Positions 28,042-38,837 of a DNA stretch of 64,000 nucleotides are shown piece after piece. Origin of the DNA: an uncultured Bacillales bacterium (lineage in GTDB: Bacteria > Bacillota_I > Bacilli_A > RFN20 > CAG-826); assembly GCA_937902735.1 (NCBI GenBank), contig CALELS010000013.1, positions 134,523 through 198,522 of the forward strand, given 5' to 3'. Numbering within the stretch: position 1 is the first letter of the stretch; every line of letters starts with the position of its first letter. A program made the translations under genes and the position numbers. The notes below the pieces were generated by a model. It did no database searches and was not told the DNA's origin. It worked only from the letters and a program-made list of their open reading frames with translations.

Positions 28042-31000
28042 ATGATAAACGATTCTTATTACAATGAATTTACTCAAAGAATTTTATTCGAGACCATTTT
28101 AAGTGAATTAAAAGAAAGAGGTGGCACAACATCTGGATACGGTACACTCTTTGAAAAATTCTGCCAAAAAATAATATTAACCTCGCCTTTCTTTGCTGAT
28201 GATGTTGTTAATGTTTGGTTATGGAAAGACTTTCCTGGTAACGGCGGACTTCACGATAACGGAATTGATATTGTTGTTTTGGATAAAAATAATTCTTTTT
28301 GGGCTGTTCAATGTAAATTTTACGATAAAGATGCATCGGTAAACAAATCAGATATTGATTCCTTTATTGCAGCGACAATTCGCGAATTTGTCTTTGAAGG
28401 GAGAACATATAATTTCTCACAAAGATATGTATTTTCAACAACCGAAAGTGTGAGCCAAAACGCTTCAGGCATGTTTGTCTTATTTGGGCCTGAGTCAATC
28501 TTCCAATGTGGTATTGATTGGGAACACTTTTCACTTGATGAAGTGGACAACATGCAAGCTCTCGGTAAAAAATCACCGAAGCCACATCAAGAAACAGCTA
28601 TTGAAAAAGTGTTGGAAGGATTTAAAACGAATGATCGTGGAAGGCTCATCATGGCTTGTGGCACAGGAAAAACATATACCTCATTAAAAATTGTCGAAAA
28701 GTATATTGAATTATTAAAATCAAATAGTGCTAAAAACATTCTCTATCTAGTACCTTCTATTCCTTTGCTTTCCCAAACGATTTTAGAGTGGAAAACGCAG
28801 ACATTATTGCATAATTGCAATATGTTTGGTGTGTGTTCAGATGAAACAGCTGGTCAAGATAGGAGGACAAGAAATCGTGATGAGCTGACTGTTCAAATGC
28901 CAATTCCTGCTACAACAGACTCTTCGAAAATCAAGGAAGAATTGGATAAAGGAACTGCAAATGTTAATTTCTTTTTTTCCACATACCAATCAATTGATGT
29001 TGTTAACAAAGTTCAAAATGATTGTGATATAGAATTCGATATGGTTATCTGCGACGAGGCGCATAGAACTATTGGTGCTTTCAAAGAAGAAGATGAAGAT
29101 ATTTCGTGTTTTATCAAAGTTCATGATAAGGACTTTATTAAAGCTTCAAAAAGACTTTATATGACAGCGACGGAGAAGATATATTCTTCTAATGCTAAAG
29201 CAGATGCTGAAGAAGGTGGCTGGAACGTTTATTCAATGGATGATGAATCGATTTATGGTCCTGAATTCTATTATTTATCTTTCGGTGATGCTGTAACAAA
29301 ACAACTATTGACTGATTATAGATTGTTGGTATTAAACATCAGAAAATCGGATGTAGCCAATCTAAGATTACCAGAATCTGCATTTTCAAATTTGGATGAT
29401 GCCTCACGCATAATTGGTGCGCTAACTGCTTTATCAAAAATCCCTCCAGAATATAATCCTGAGGAATTCGAACAAGACCCAAAACCAATGAAAAGAGTTG
29501 TCGCTTTCTGTTCTACTATAGCGCAAGCCGATTCAATTGCTCAATCCTTTAATCACTTAGCTGATAAAAAGTGTTTGGGTGAAGAATATATGAGAGATCA
29601 AGGCTTTGTTATTCCTCACGCAAAATTAATAACTGGTCAAGATAACACCAAAGAAAAAAATAAGAAACTCAATTGGCTGAGAGACGAAATTGAAGATGGT
29701 GAATGTAGAATTCTTACCAATGCTAGATGTCTCTCGGAGGGAGTTGATGTTCCGTCTCTAGACTCTGTTGTTTTTATGGCCAAGAAAAGATCACAAGTTG
29801 ACATTATTCAAGCTGTTGGAAGAGTCATGAGAAAGTTCGGGAGCGGTAGCGAGAAAAAATATGGTTACATTGTCATTCCTGTAGTGATTAGCGATGAAAG
29901 AATGACTGATAAAACATTATCTGCTAACGAAGACTACAAAGTGGTTTGGCAAGTAGTTCAAGCTTTAAGATCACACGACGAAAGACTAGATACAGAAATA
30001 AATAAGGTGGGTGTAACAGGACGTTTACCTCAAAGCATTTGCATTTTAAATACATTCATACCACCAATATCAAGAAAAGGACACAAAGTCAGTTCTTTGA
30101 GACAGGAGCAAGAAGAAGGCTTGGATACAGATAACCCAGTCGCTTCTGCCGGCGATTATGTTGTGAGAATCCCATCTGATGAAGAATTAAAAGAGAATGA
30201 AAAAACTTTTAGCGCCCAACTTGTTAAACATTGTGGGAACAGGTTGTATTGGGAAGACTGGTCAAAAAATATTGGCGATGTAACTAATAATGTTGCTTTA
30301 AAAATTAAATCTCAAATTACTGACTCACCTAGTGCAAACCGTTCATTTCAAAAATTTGTTAAGGATTTAAGAAAACTTTTAAATCCAAGTGTGTCAGAAG
30401 AAGATTGTGTTAGCATGCTTTCTGAGCACATTGTCACTCTCCCGGTATTAAAGAGCATTTTTTTAGAAAACACATTAATTGATAACAATCCAATTACCAT
30501 AATTATGGAATCAATGGTTAAAAGATTAAGTGATTTAAATTCAGAATTAGAAGAACTTGAGCCATTTTATCAATCTGTAAGAAAAACCGTAGAGGGTGTA
30601 ACAAGTTCCGAAGGAAGACAAGAAATCATTAGAAAACTGTTTGAAAAATTCTTCCAATATGCTCTTCCACAATCAGCTGAAAAATTTGGAATTGTTTACA
30701 CTCCGGTTGAGATAGTTGATTTTATTATCAACTCAGTCAAATATACTTTAAACGCTTCTTTTGAAGCAAATTTAACAGATAAAAACATCAAAATACTAGA
30801 TCCTTTTACCGGTACAGGAACATTTGTTGTTCGATTGCTGGATATTCTAAAAGAATCAGCAGTTTCTGAAGAAGATTTTAAATATAAATACTTAAATGAC
30901 ATCTGGTGCAATGAAATAATGCTCCTTTCATACTACATTGCGTTAATTAATATTGAGGATGCCTACACTAGAAACAACGGTTCGATTCTACCCTTTGAGC

Positions 31001-32889
31001 ATGCGGTTTTAACTGACACATTCCAATTGGCTGAGAAGAGAAAAAAGAAGTATTTCTCTACAGTTTTGTTTGAAGAACAAGAATTCACTGTTGCTAATCA
31101 AAAAGCAAGAGAAGAAGATGAGGATGATATAAGAATTATAATTGGTAATCCTCCTTATTCGGCTGGCCAAAAGAGCGCAAACGATAAAAACAAAAATGAT
31201 AAATATGACAATCTGGATGGCCGAATTTCCGACACTTATTTAAAAAATACGAGTGTTGTTGCAGCTAAGTCTATGTATGATTCATATGTTAGGGCTTTTA
31301 GATGGGCCTCTGACAGAATATCTGATAACGGGATTATTTCTTTCGTTTCCAATGGCTCGTATATAGACAGTGTTGCTTTTAATGGTTTTAGAAGAGAACT
31401 TGTGAAAGAATTTAATTCCGTTTACGTGTTCAATCTTCGAGGGAACCAAAGAACACAAGGAGAAGTTTCGAGAAAAGAGGGCGGTAAGATATTTGGGAGC
31501 GGCTCTAGGAATACTATTGCAATCATTGTTCTCGTGAAAAAACACAATCAAGCTTTTGATGGTTTTATTCACTACTATGATATAGGTGATTATTTATCTA
31601 GGGAGGAAAAACTCGATATTATTAGAAATTTCAAAAGCATAGAAAATATTCCGTGGGAGAAGATTACCCCTGACGATAACAACGACTGGATTAATAAAAA
31701 AGATACATCATTTACAAAGTTCACTGTTATAGCTAATAAAAAGGGAAAAGAAGAATCTGTTTTTGGCAGTCGTGTATCATTGGGTTGCTCTACTGCTCGT
31801 GATTCTTGGGTTTACAATTTTTCAAAGAAAACCTTAATAGAAAACGTTGATGAATTTATAGATTTTTATAACAGTCAAAGACAAGCTTTCTTTGCTGCGA
31901 AAGCAAAAAATTCAAAATTGATAGCAGAAGAATTCTTAACCTTTGATAAAACAAAGATTACATGGGGCAGAGATATACTTAAAAGATTGAAAAAGAATTC
32001 GCCTATACAAAATAATAACGATATAAGAGTTGTTATGTATCGTCCTTTCGTAAAGAAATATCTTAATTTTAACACCGATTTAATCAGCGATCCTTCTTTG
32101 GTAGACAGTATATTTCCTAGAGGCAGCAATAATGTTTGTATCGCATTAGCAGCGCCCCCATTAACTCAGGAGTTCTCTTGTATGGTTTCGAATTGTATCT
32201 GTGACTATCATTTATTAGGTCAGACACAAATGATGCCTTTGTTCTGGAACGAAGAAAGCAGTAGCGACAGCATTTCTATTTTTGATGACACCACGATAGA
32301 TGGGATCAGCGATGAGTTTTTGGCAAAATGCCGAGCTAAATTTAGCGATAATTCGTTAACTCACAGGGATATATTTGCTTATGTCTATGGTCTTTTACAC
32401 TCAAAACAATACAAAGAAAAATACAAAAATAACCTTTCTAAAGAATTGCCGCGCATACCTCTCTTGGAGGGATATAAAAAGTATATTGACATTGGTAACA
32501 AGCTTATTGACTTGCATATTAATTATGAAACCCTTAAACCTACTGATGTAGTGAAAACAAAAATCAAAAAAGATAATTACAAAATAACAACCATCAAATT
32601 CCAAAACAAAAATAAGGATGCCATCGTTTTTAATGACGATATTTTGATTTATAACATCCCTGCAAAAATTTATGATTATAAATTAAATGGTCGCAATCCA
32701 ATTGAATGGGTCTTAGATCAATATCAATATTTCGTCGATCCTTCCTCTCAGAACATTGACGACCCAAACCTTTACGATGAGAAACAAAATGGAAAGTATA
32801 TTTTTAATTTGATTCACTCACTTATTACTATGTCTTTAAAAACAATTGAATTGGCAGAGAGCCTTCCAGATTACAAAGAAATTGATTAG
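28042..32889 (+). CDS. Type ISP (LlaGI/LlaBIII-like) single-polypeptide restriction-modification enzyme: Mrr-like nuclease + SF2 translocase + gamma N6-adenine MTase + TRD
   Basis: Mrr_cat motif DNGIDIVV...VQCKFY. Helicase motifs ACGTGKTYT (I), VICDEAHRT (II), MTATEK (III), LSEGVDVPSLD (V) and QAVGRVMR (VI). MTase motifs LDPFTGTGTF (I) and IIGNPPYSAGQ (IV). 1615 aa. Confidence 0.8.
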   Translation: MINDSYYNEFTQRILFETILSELKERGGTTSGYGTLFEKFCQKIILTSPFFADDVVNVWLWKDFPGNGGLHDNGIDIVVLDKNNSFWAVQCKFYDKDASVNKSDIDSFIAATIREFVFEGRTYNFSQRYVFSTTESVSQNASGMFVLFGPESIFQCGIDWEHFSLDEVDNMQALGKKSPKPHQETAIEKVLEGFKTNDRGRLIMACGTGKTYTSLKIVEKYIELLKSNSAKNILYLVPSIPLLSQTILEWKTQTLLHNCNMFGVCSDETAGQDRRTRNRDELTVQMPIPATTDSSKIKEELDKGTANVNFFFSTYQSIDVVNKVQNDCDIEFDMVICDEAHRTIGAFKEEDEDISCFIKVHDKDFIKASKRLYMTATEKIYSSNAKADAEEGGWNVYSMDDESIYGPEFYYLSFGDAVTKQLLTDYRLLVLNIRKSDVANLRLPESAFSNLDDASRIIGALTALSKIPPEYNPEEFEQDPKPMKRVVAFCSTIAQADSIAQSFNHLADKKCLGEEYMRDQGFVIPHAKLITGQDNTKEKNKKLNWLRDEIEDGECRILTNARCLSEGVDVPSLDSVVFMAKKRSQVDIIQAVGRVMRKFGSGSEKKYGYIVIPVVISDERMTDKTLSANEDYKVVWQVVQALRSHDERLDTEINKVGVTGRLPQSICILNTFIPPISRKGHKVSSLRQEQEEGLDTDNPVASAGDYVVRIPSDEELKENEKTFSAQLVKHCGNRLYWEDWSKNIGDVTNNVALKIKSQITDSPSANRSFQKFVKDLRKLLNPSVSEEDCVSMLSEHIVTLPVLKSIFLENTLIDNNPITIIMESMVKRLSDLNSELEELEPFYQSVRKTVEGVTSSEGRQEIIRKLFEKFFQYALPQSAEKFGIVYTPVEIVDFIINSVKYTLNASFEANLTDKNIKILDPFTGTGTFVVRLLDILKESAVSEEDFKYKYLNDIWCNEIMLLSYYIALINIEDAYTRNNGSILPFEHAVLTDTFQLAEKRKKKYFSTVLFEEQEFTVANQKAREEDEDDIRIIIGNPPYSAGQKSANDKNKNDKYDNLDGRISDTYLKNTSVVAAKSMYDSYVRAFRWASDRISDNGIISFVSNGSYIDSVAFNGFRRELVKEFNSVYVFNLRGNQRTQGEVSRKEGGKIFGSGSRNTIAIIVLVKKHNQAFDGFIHYYDIGDYLSREEKLDIIRNFKSIENIPWEKITPDDNNDWINKKDTSFTKFTVIANKKGKEESVFGSRVSLGCSTARDSWVYNFSKKTLIENVDEFIDFYNSQRQAFFAAKAKNSKLIAEEFLTFDKTKITWGRDILKRLKKNSPIQNNNDIRVVMYRPFVKKYLNFNTDLISDPSLVDSIFPRGSNNVCIALAAPPLTQEFSCMVSNCICDYHLLGQTQMMPLFWNEESSSDSISIFDDTTIDGISDEFLAKCRAKFSDNSLTHRDIFAYVYGLLHSKQYKEKYKNNLSKELPRIPLLEGYKKYIDIGNKLIDLHINYETLKPTDVVKTKIKKDNYKITTIKFQNKNKDAIVFNDDILIYNIPAKIYDYKLNGRNPIEWVLDQYQYFVDPSSQNIDDPNLYDEKQNGKYIFNLIHSLITMSLKTIELAESLPDYKEID

Positions 32890-32898
32890 GGAGATTTT

Positions 32899-33630
32899 AT
32901 GGAAAAAGAATTGAAGTGCCCTATTTGTGGACAACCGACCAGAATCTATATGGGAAACGCTCGTAAAGATTTGCTTTGCGCAAAGCATGCAGAAGCTTTA
33001 AAAGCTGGCAAGATTGAAATAAATGATAAAGGTCTATTCATTGATAAAGAAACCGGCAAAGTTTTAAACATGGACTACATTGAACCCAAAAAAGAAGAAA
33101 AGAAGCAAGAGGGCGTAGTTAAATGCATTGCCTGTGGCAAAGAAACTAAACCAGGATTCTTATTCTGCGGTGGTTGCTATAAGAAATATGCAGATAAGAA
33201 ATTGCTTGTAGAAATAACAAATTGCCGCGACATAACAATTCTCGATGATTCATACGAAGGCAAATTTACATGTACTGACGGCCATATTGTTAAATCCAAA
33301 TCAGAAATGATTATCGATAACTGGCTATTTGACCACAACATTGCTCATGCTTATGAAAAGAAACTTCCAATTGATGCGGATGAAAATCATGATTTGCATC
33401 CAGATTTTTGCCTGCCAGGTTATGGAGACGACCCAGATGACATTTATGTAGAATACTGGGGATATAACGAAAGCAATATTAAATATACTGAATCAAAAAA
33501 TTACAAAATGAAAATATATAAGCAGTTAAAAGTAACTGTTATTTGTTTACAAGAAAAAGACATCATGGATATCAATGCCTCTTTAAGTAGAAAACTTAAG
33601 TTTTATAAAAAAGGCACCATTAACGAATAA
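32899..33630 (+). CDS. Two Zn-ribbons (CPICG...C, CIACG...CGGC) + C-terminal nuclease-like domain with PDF...EYWG motif
   Basis: IIDNWLFDHNIAHAYEKK...HPDFCLP...IYVEYWGYNE aligns with residues ~430-520 of the downstream helicase (IANWYFINGIDYIYEAPYEK...MPDFRLP...IYHEHYGINK). Confidence 0.55.
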   Translation: MEKELKCPICGQPTRIYMGNARKDLLCAKHAEALKAGKIEINDKGLFIDKETGKVLNMDYIEPKKEEKKQEGVVKCIACGKETKPGFLFCGGCYKKYADKKLLVEITNCRDITILDDSYEGKFTCTDGHIVKSKSEMIIDNWLFDHNIAHAYEKKLPIDADENHDLHPDFCLPGYGDDPDDIYVEYWGYNESNIKYTESKNYKMKIYKQLKVTVICLQEKDIMDINASLSRKLKFYKKGTINE

Positions 33631-33635
33631 TTCGC

Positions 33636-36629
33636 ATGGGATTATTTGGGGATATTAAGAATTGGATTGTTAATGCTTGGACCGTAAGCAATCGCTTTGA
33701 TCCTTATTTTAATAATTTCAATCGGGACTTAAGCTATCTAAAAATTATCAAGGAAGATATAGACCCTGAAATTACAAAGATTTATAACCAGATTAAGGCC
33801 ACAGCTCCTCAAAAATATGCGAAACAAATAGCCCAATATGAAGGAGCGATTGTTAAGATTAGAGACCACAATAATAAAGTTAATAGAATTAACGATGGGA
33901 TGAGTGGCTTTGATTATGACAAAATCTTGGATAACCCGCATCACTTTGATTGCTCCTTAATTTCGAAGTATGTTGAAATAGCTAATTTAATTAAAACCTT
34001 CCCCAAATATGGCTCACCGTATGATGAGTTTGTTGAACATGTTGATGATATACAGAAGTTTTATTACCAGTTAGTAGAAGAATATGATGCTGTTCTTGAA
34101 TACAACGAATTGGCAACGATAGATTCGTCTCTAGGGTATATCGATTCAAGGCACAAAAACCAAATTATTGGAAAAAGAAACACTCTAAAAAATAAGATAT
34201 CTGCTCACGGTAAAACGTTTTATATTTGGAGCAATAATTCAGTAGTTACCAATGCAATTAAAAAACACAACGAAGTGTTTATAGAAGAGAACAAATCAAA
34301 TCCATTATTTAATTCTATTAATGAAAGAAGTTTAGACTCTGAACAAAGAGAAAGTGTTCTGACTGACGAATCTTCAACTTTGGTAGTAGCTGGTGCTGGC
34401 AGTGGGAAAACATTAACAATATGTGGCAAGGTTGAGTATCTTTTAAAAGTTCAAAAGGTGAACCCTTCTGATATTCTTTTACTTTCTTATTCTAAGAAAT
34501 CCGCTGAAGATCTTCAAAAAAAGGTAAGCAAAATTGATAGCAGACTAACCGTGGGCACATTTCATAAAATAGGTCTTGAAGTTTTAAAAGAAACCCAAAA
34601 CAAAACCTTCATGGTCGAAGATCAATATAAGGCAATTATTGAAGCATATTTTAGAGAAGAGATGAGAAAAAGGCCTCATATGCTTCAGACGATTTTAACT
34701 TATTATGGTTTGTATTTAACATCTGATAAGCATGATAAAAAATATAAAAATGAAGGTGAAATGTACGAAGACTTAAGAAAGTCCGATTTTTCAACATTAA
34801 GAACCCAACTTCTTTCATTAACAAACGATATTAATAAACGTGAAACAATTAAAAAAGAGTTAGTAAAGAGCTTTGAAGAAATGGCCATTGCTAACTGGTA
34901 TTTTATTAATGGTATAGATTATATCTATGAAGCCCCATATGAAAAAGATGTCTCCACCGCAGACAAAAGACAATACATGCCAGATTTTCGCTTGCCTAAG
35001 TACAAAATCTATCATGAACATTATGGAATTAATAAACAAGGCAGAGCAGACCAATTTGAAGGTCAAGAAGCAGCGATGTATGTTGCTAATATGCAATGGA
35101 AGAGGACTATTCACCAGCAGAACAACACGGTTTGTATTGAAACCTATTCGTATGAATTTGATGATGGTACTGTCTTCGATAAGTTGGAAAAGGAACTCAA
35201 GAGCAGAGGCGTGATTTTTAAGCCACTTGAGGATGATCAAATATTCAATGCTCTAGAGTCAATTTATGAAGGCCAGGCTTTTAAGTCGTTTATTAACTTG
35301 ATTAGAACATTTCTAAGTCTTTATAAGGCGGTTTATAGAAGTGCTGATGGTTTTGAGGAATTAAAGAAATTTGAGTTCGCAAATAGATATGAAAGAAAGC
35401 GCGCAGATTTTTTCTTAGATATTGTCAAAGACGTTTATCTTTACTACATGGAGTATTTACGTAGAGAGGACAAAATTGACTTTGACGATATGATTCTTCA
35501 ATCAACAATTGATTTAGACAAGACAGATAAATTCAAATACAAATACATTATTGTTGATGAGTTCCAAGATATTTCTGTGAGCAGGATGAAATTCCTTAAA
35601 AAGCTCATTTCTCACGGAGATTCAAAACTATTTGCCGTTGGTGATGACTGGCAGGCTATTTATAGATTCTCTGGATGTGATTTGAATATATTCTTAAAAT
35701 TCCCAGATTACTTTGGTGAATCAGCAATTACTAAAATAACAACCACTCATAGAAATTCGCAGGAACTTCAAGATATTGCTGGACCATTTATCAAGGCTAA
35801 TCCAGAACAATTTGATAAGAAGATTAACTCTGCTCGTCACCTAGAACACCCTGTTCAGATTATGTATTACTCCGATAAGAAATATTATGCCTTTTTGGAT
35901 GTTCTTAAAGAAATTGCAAAGATTAATAAAGAAGCAAAGGTATTGATTTTAGGCAGAAATAATAAGGATTTTGAGGATATTGCATTAGACACCAGAGTGT
36001 ATATTGATTTCAGAGAATCTAATGAAACCAGAACAGTAGTTAAGGTGAGAGATTATCCTAAAATGCAATTATCTTATAGTACAGTTCATGGTTCAAAAGG
36101 TTTAGAAGAAGACTATGTCATTATTATTAACGCAGATGATTCTAGGCTTGGATTCCCAAATAAAATGGAAGATGATGAACTTCTTGATATGGTTTTGAGT
36201 TCAAAAAGTGGCTACGAATATGCTGAAGAAAGACGTCTGTGGTATGTTGCTTTGACCAGAACAAGAAATTATACATACATAATCGCAAACAATGAAAACC
36301 CTTCTATCTTTGTAAAAGAAATAGAAAATCAATGTTTAGTTATGAATCCAAATATGGAAGTAAGCCATGAAGGAGAAATATCTTGTCCTCGCTGCAAATC
36401 CGGTAGATTAGTTTTAAGAGCTAATGAAAGTGATGGCAGCAAATTCTATGGTTGCTCTAACTATCCATATTGCAACTATTCCATTAATGATTTTAGGGCC
36501 GTCAAAAGAAATAAACGTTGTCCTCATTGCGGAGATATCATGGTCTTCAAAAAGGGCCCATATGGAGCTTTTTACGGTTGCCACAATTATCCTAGATGTA
36601 AGCACAAAGAGGAGTATGATGGCAAATAG
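33636..36629 (+). CDS. UvrD/PcrA-like SF1 helicase with a nuclease-like (PDF...EHYG) insertion domain and two C-terminal topoisomerase-type C4 zinc fingers
   Basis: AGAGSGKT (I), IIVDEFQDIS (II), GDDWQAIYRFSG (III), TVHGSKGLEEDYVIII (V), YVALTRTRN (VI); CPRCKSG...YGCSNYPYC and CPHCGD...YGCHNYPRC. Confidence 0.85.
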   Translation: MGLFGDIKNWIVNAWTVSNRFDPYFNNFNRDLSYLKIIKEDIDPEITKIYNQIKATAPQKYAKQIAQYEGAIVKIRDHNNKVNRINDGMSGFDYDKILDNPHHFDCSLISKYVEIANLIKTFPKYGSPYDEFVEHVDDIQKFYYQLVEEYDAVLEYNELATIDSSLGYIDSRHKNQIIGKRNTLKNKISAHGKTFYIWSNNSVVTNAIKKHNEVFIEENKSNPLFNSINERSLDSEQRESVLTDESSTLVVAGAGSGKTLTICGKVEYLLKVQKVNPSDILLLSYSKKSAEDLQKKVSKIDSRLTVGTFHKIGLEVLKETQNKTFMVEDQYKAIIEAYFREEMRKRPHMLQTILTYYGLYLTSDKHDKKYKNEGEMYEDLRKSDFSTLRTQLLSLTNDINKRETIKKELVKSFEEMAIANWYFINGIDYIYEAPYEKDVSTADKRQYMPDFRLPKYKIYHEHYGINKQGRADQFEGQEAAMYVANMQWKRTIHQQNNTVCIETYSYEFDDGTVFDKLEKELKSRGVIFKPLEDDQIFNALESIYEGQAFKSFINLIRTFLSLYKAVYRSADGFEELKKFEFANRYERKRADFFLDIVKDVYLYYMEYLRREDKIDFDDMILQSTIDLDKTDKFKYKYIIVDEFQDISVSRMKFLKKLISHGDSKLFAVGDDWQAIYRFSGCDLNIFLKFPDYFGESAITKITTTHRNSQELQDIAGPFIKANPEQFDKKINSARHLEHPVQIMYYSDKKYYAFLDVLKEIAKINKEAKVLILGRNNKDFEDIALDTRVYIDFRESNETRTVVKVRDYPKMQLSYSTVHGSKGLEEDYVIIINADDSRLGFPNKMEDDELLDMVLSSKSGYEYAEERRLWYVALTRTRNYTYIIANNENPSIFVKEIENQCLVMNPNMEVSHEGEISCPRCKSGRLVLRANESDGSKFYGCSNYPYCNYSINDFRAVKRNKRCPHCGDIMVFKKGPYGAFYGCHNYPRCKHKEEYDGK

Positions 36630-36793
36630 GCAAAAATGCTGACAAACTGTTAAAACGAAGAAAATAGAAAAAAATTTAATATCAACTAACTCTTTGAGTT
36701 AAAAAATATTAATAAAATTTGTTTGGAAAAAAATAGAAAAAGTCCCCTACGGAAATACTTTGTATTTCCTTATATATAATAGGAGGACTATTT

Positions 36794-37204
36794 ATGAAAA
36801 CAGTCAAAAATATGAACAGCGAAAAGCTCTCTTCAGATCTCAAAGAATCGTGGAGAATCGAAGAAAAACTACTGAAAACAAACGATTCACTAACCGATGC
36901 AGAAATTCTGTTTTTAAAGACTAGAGCAGAAGAAGGCGTGCCCCTCGGTGAATTTGACTATGGTCTTTATTATTTGTTGGTGCAGAACGATGAAAAAACT
37001 GCAGAGGAATGGTGGAGTAAATTCTTTTATCACAGTAATGGCTTTGGCCTTTGGAAGGCTAGTGGCATATTTGCTTATTTAGGCGATCAGTATTACGACT
37101 GGTCTATGAGATGCTTGCGAAGAAGCGCTTGGAGGCAGTTTAAGCTTTCTAAGATGATGCTCGCCGATATGAAGAAAAATCCATATAAATTTCCAGAAGC
37201 ATAA
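36794..37204 (+). CDS. Hypothetical protein
   Basis: AGGAGGACTATTT-ATG RBS; no motif. Confidence 0.45.
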   Translation: MKTVKNMNSEKLSSDLKESWRIEEKLLKTNDSLTDAEILFLKTRAEEGVPLGEFDYGLYYLLVQNDEKTAEEWWSKFFYHSNGFGLWKASGIFAYLGDQYYDWSMRCLRRSAWRQFKLSKMMLADMKKNPYKFPEA

Positions 37205-37457
37205 AAGTATTAGGTGGCGTAAATTGCCACTTTTCTTTTAACCACCATCGTGATATGATTTTAAGGTCAAAAATGCCACTTTTATATAATACTTTGTATT
37301 ATATAAGTCCAAGGTCTTGCACCCTGTATCAGGGAATATGTTAGAAGTTTATTGCATTGCAATACTTTTTTAAAAATGCAGATTATTTTGTAATAAAAAT
37401 AAGCACATATTGATAACGTGCACAAAAAATGATAAAATTTGGGCACGAGGTAAATAT

Positions 37458-38513
37458 ATGCACAAGTTACCGCTTGATTATAACTATAACGATATTGATG
37501 TTTTAAAAGCATTAAATTCTGCAAACAATAAGATTGGAGAATTGAATGGCATTATCAATTTATTACCGAACCCGAACATTATTTTAAATGCAGTTATATT
37601 GGGTGAAGCTAAAGAGTCCAGTGAAATCGAAAACATAGTAACTACATTTGATGAAATCTTTAAAGAAATAACGTTGAAAGTTAATAATACTGCCTCTAAA
37701 GAAGTAGTGAATTATCGACAAGCTATTTTAAGCGGCTATAAATTTATTAAGGATAATGGTTTTATTTCTTCAAGAATGTTAATTAATATCCATCACATTA
37801 TTGAACCAGATGTTGGGGGTATTAGAAAAATACCAGGTACAGTTGTTAAGAATACCAAAACTGGTGAAATACTACATACTCCTCCTCAAAACGAAGAAGA
37901 AATTAGAGATTATTTGTCTAATTTGGAAAAATACATTAATTATGATGATTTAGAAGATGTTGATCCAATTATTAAAATGGCAATTATTCATTATCAATTT
38001 GAATCTATTCATCCTTTTCATGATGGGAACGGAAGAACTGGTAGGATGCTTAATGTTTTATATTTAGTGCTTAAAAATAAAATAAGCCTCCCTATCTTAT
38101 ATTTGTCAAAATATATTAATTTCACCAAAGATGAATATTATAAGCATCTCTATAACATTAGGTTAGATAATAAATATATTAAGGATTATTTACTTTACAT
38201 GATTGAAGGCGTTAATAAGATGTCATCTTTTACTATTGATTTCATTAAATCTTTTAGAAATCTGATGGATGACGCTTCAGAGCTAATTAAAGAAAAATGC
38301 CCAAAAATCTATTCTCATGAACTTGTTGAATATCTATTCTATGACTTTTATACAAAAAACGAATATTTAAGAGACGCTCTCAACATTTCTAGAAATACTG
38401 CATCTAAATATTTGAAAGAATTAGAAGAAGCTGGAGTTCTTATTTCTGAAATGGTTGGTAAAGAAAAAATATTTAAAAACGCTTATTTATATTCTCTTAT
38501 CGAAAAATGGTGA
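37458..38513 (+). CDS. Fic-family protein (AMPylase-type motif)
   Basis: HPFHDGNGRTGR Fic motif. Start moved to the ATG at 37458, which has a GAGGT RBS. Confidence 0.85.
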   Translation: MHKLPLDYNYNDIDVLKALNSANNKIGELNGIINLLPNPNIILNAVILGEAKESSEIENIVTTFDEIFKEITLKVNNTASKEVVNYRQAILSGYKFIKDNGFISSRMLINIHHIIEPDVGGIRKIPGTVVKNTKTGEILHTPPQNEEEIRDYLSNLEKYINYDDLEDVDPIIKMAIIHYQFESIHPFHDGNGRTGRMLNVLYLVLKNKISLPILYLSKYINFTKDEYYKHLYNIRLDNKYIKDYLLYMIEGVNKMSSFTIDFIKSFRNLMDDASELIKEKCPKIYSHELVEYLFYDFYTKNEYLRDALNISRNTASKYLKELEEAGVLISEMVGKEKIFKNAYLYSLIEKW

Positions 38514-38837
38514 TAAAAAGAAATGCTTTTATTGCATTTCTCAAAAACATAGTTAAGCGACACAAAACAGTGACTAAAAAATGCCCAAAAACATAGTAGA
38601 CCAACCTATAATTTGGCTTTGTTTTCACAATCTTGGATATCATTTTTCAGCATGTACCGTGTACTCTTATTGTTTTTATGTTCAATAAGGAACTCTTTTT
38701 ATAGGTTAAACCTATAAGAATGAAAGAACTATTGAGCTAATTTGCTTAAAATATACCTATTTTTCGGCGAAATCTAAAAATATACCAACTTACAAGTAAA
38801 ACTTTACATATATGTCTAGTTGTGCTTAAATTATGGT

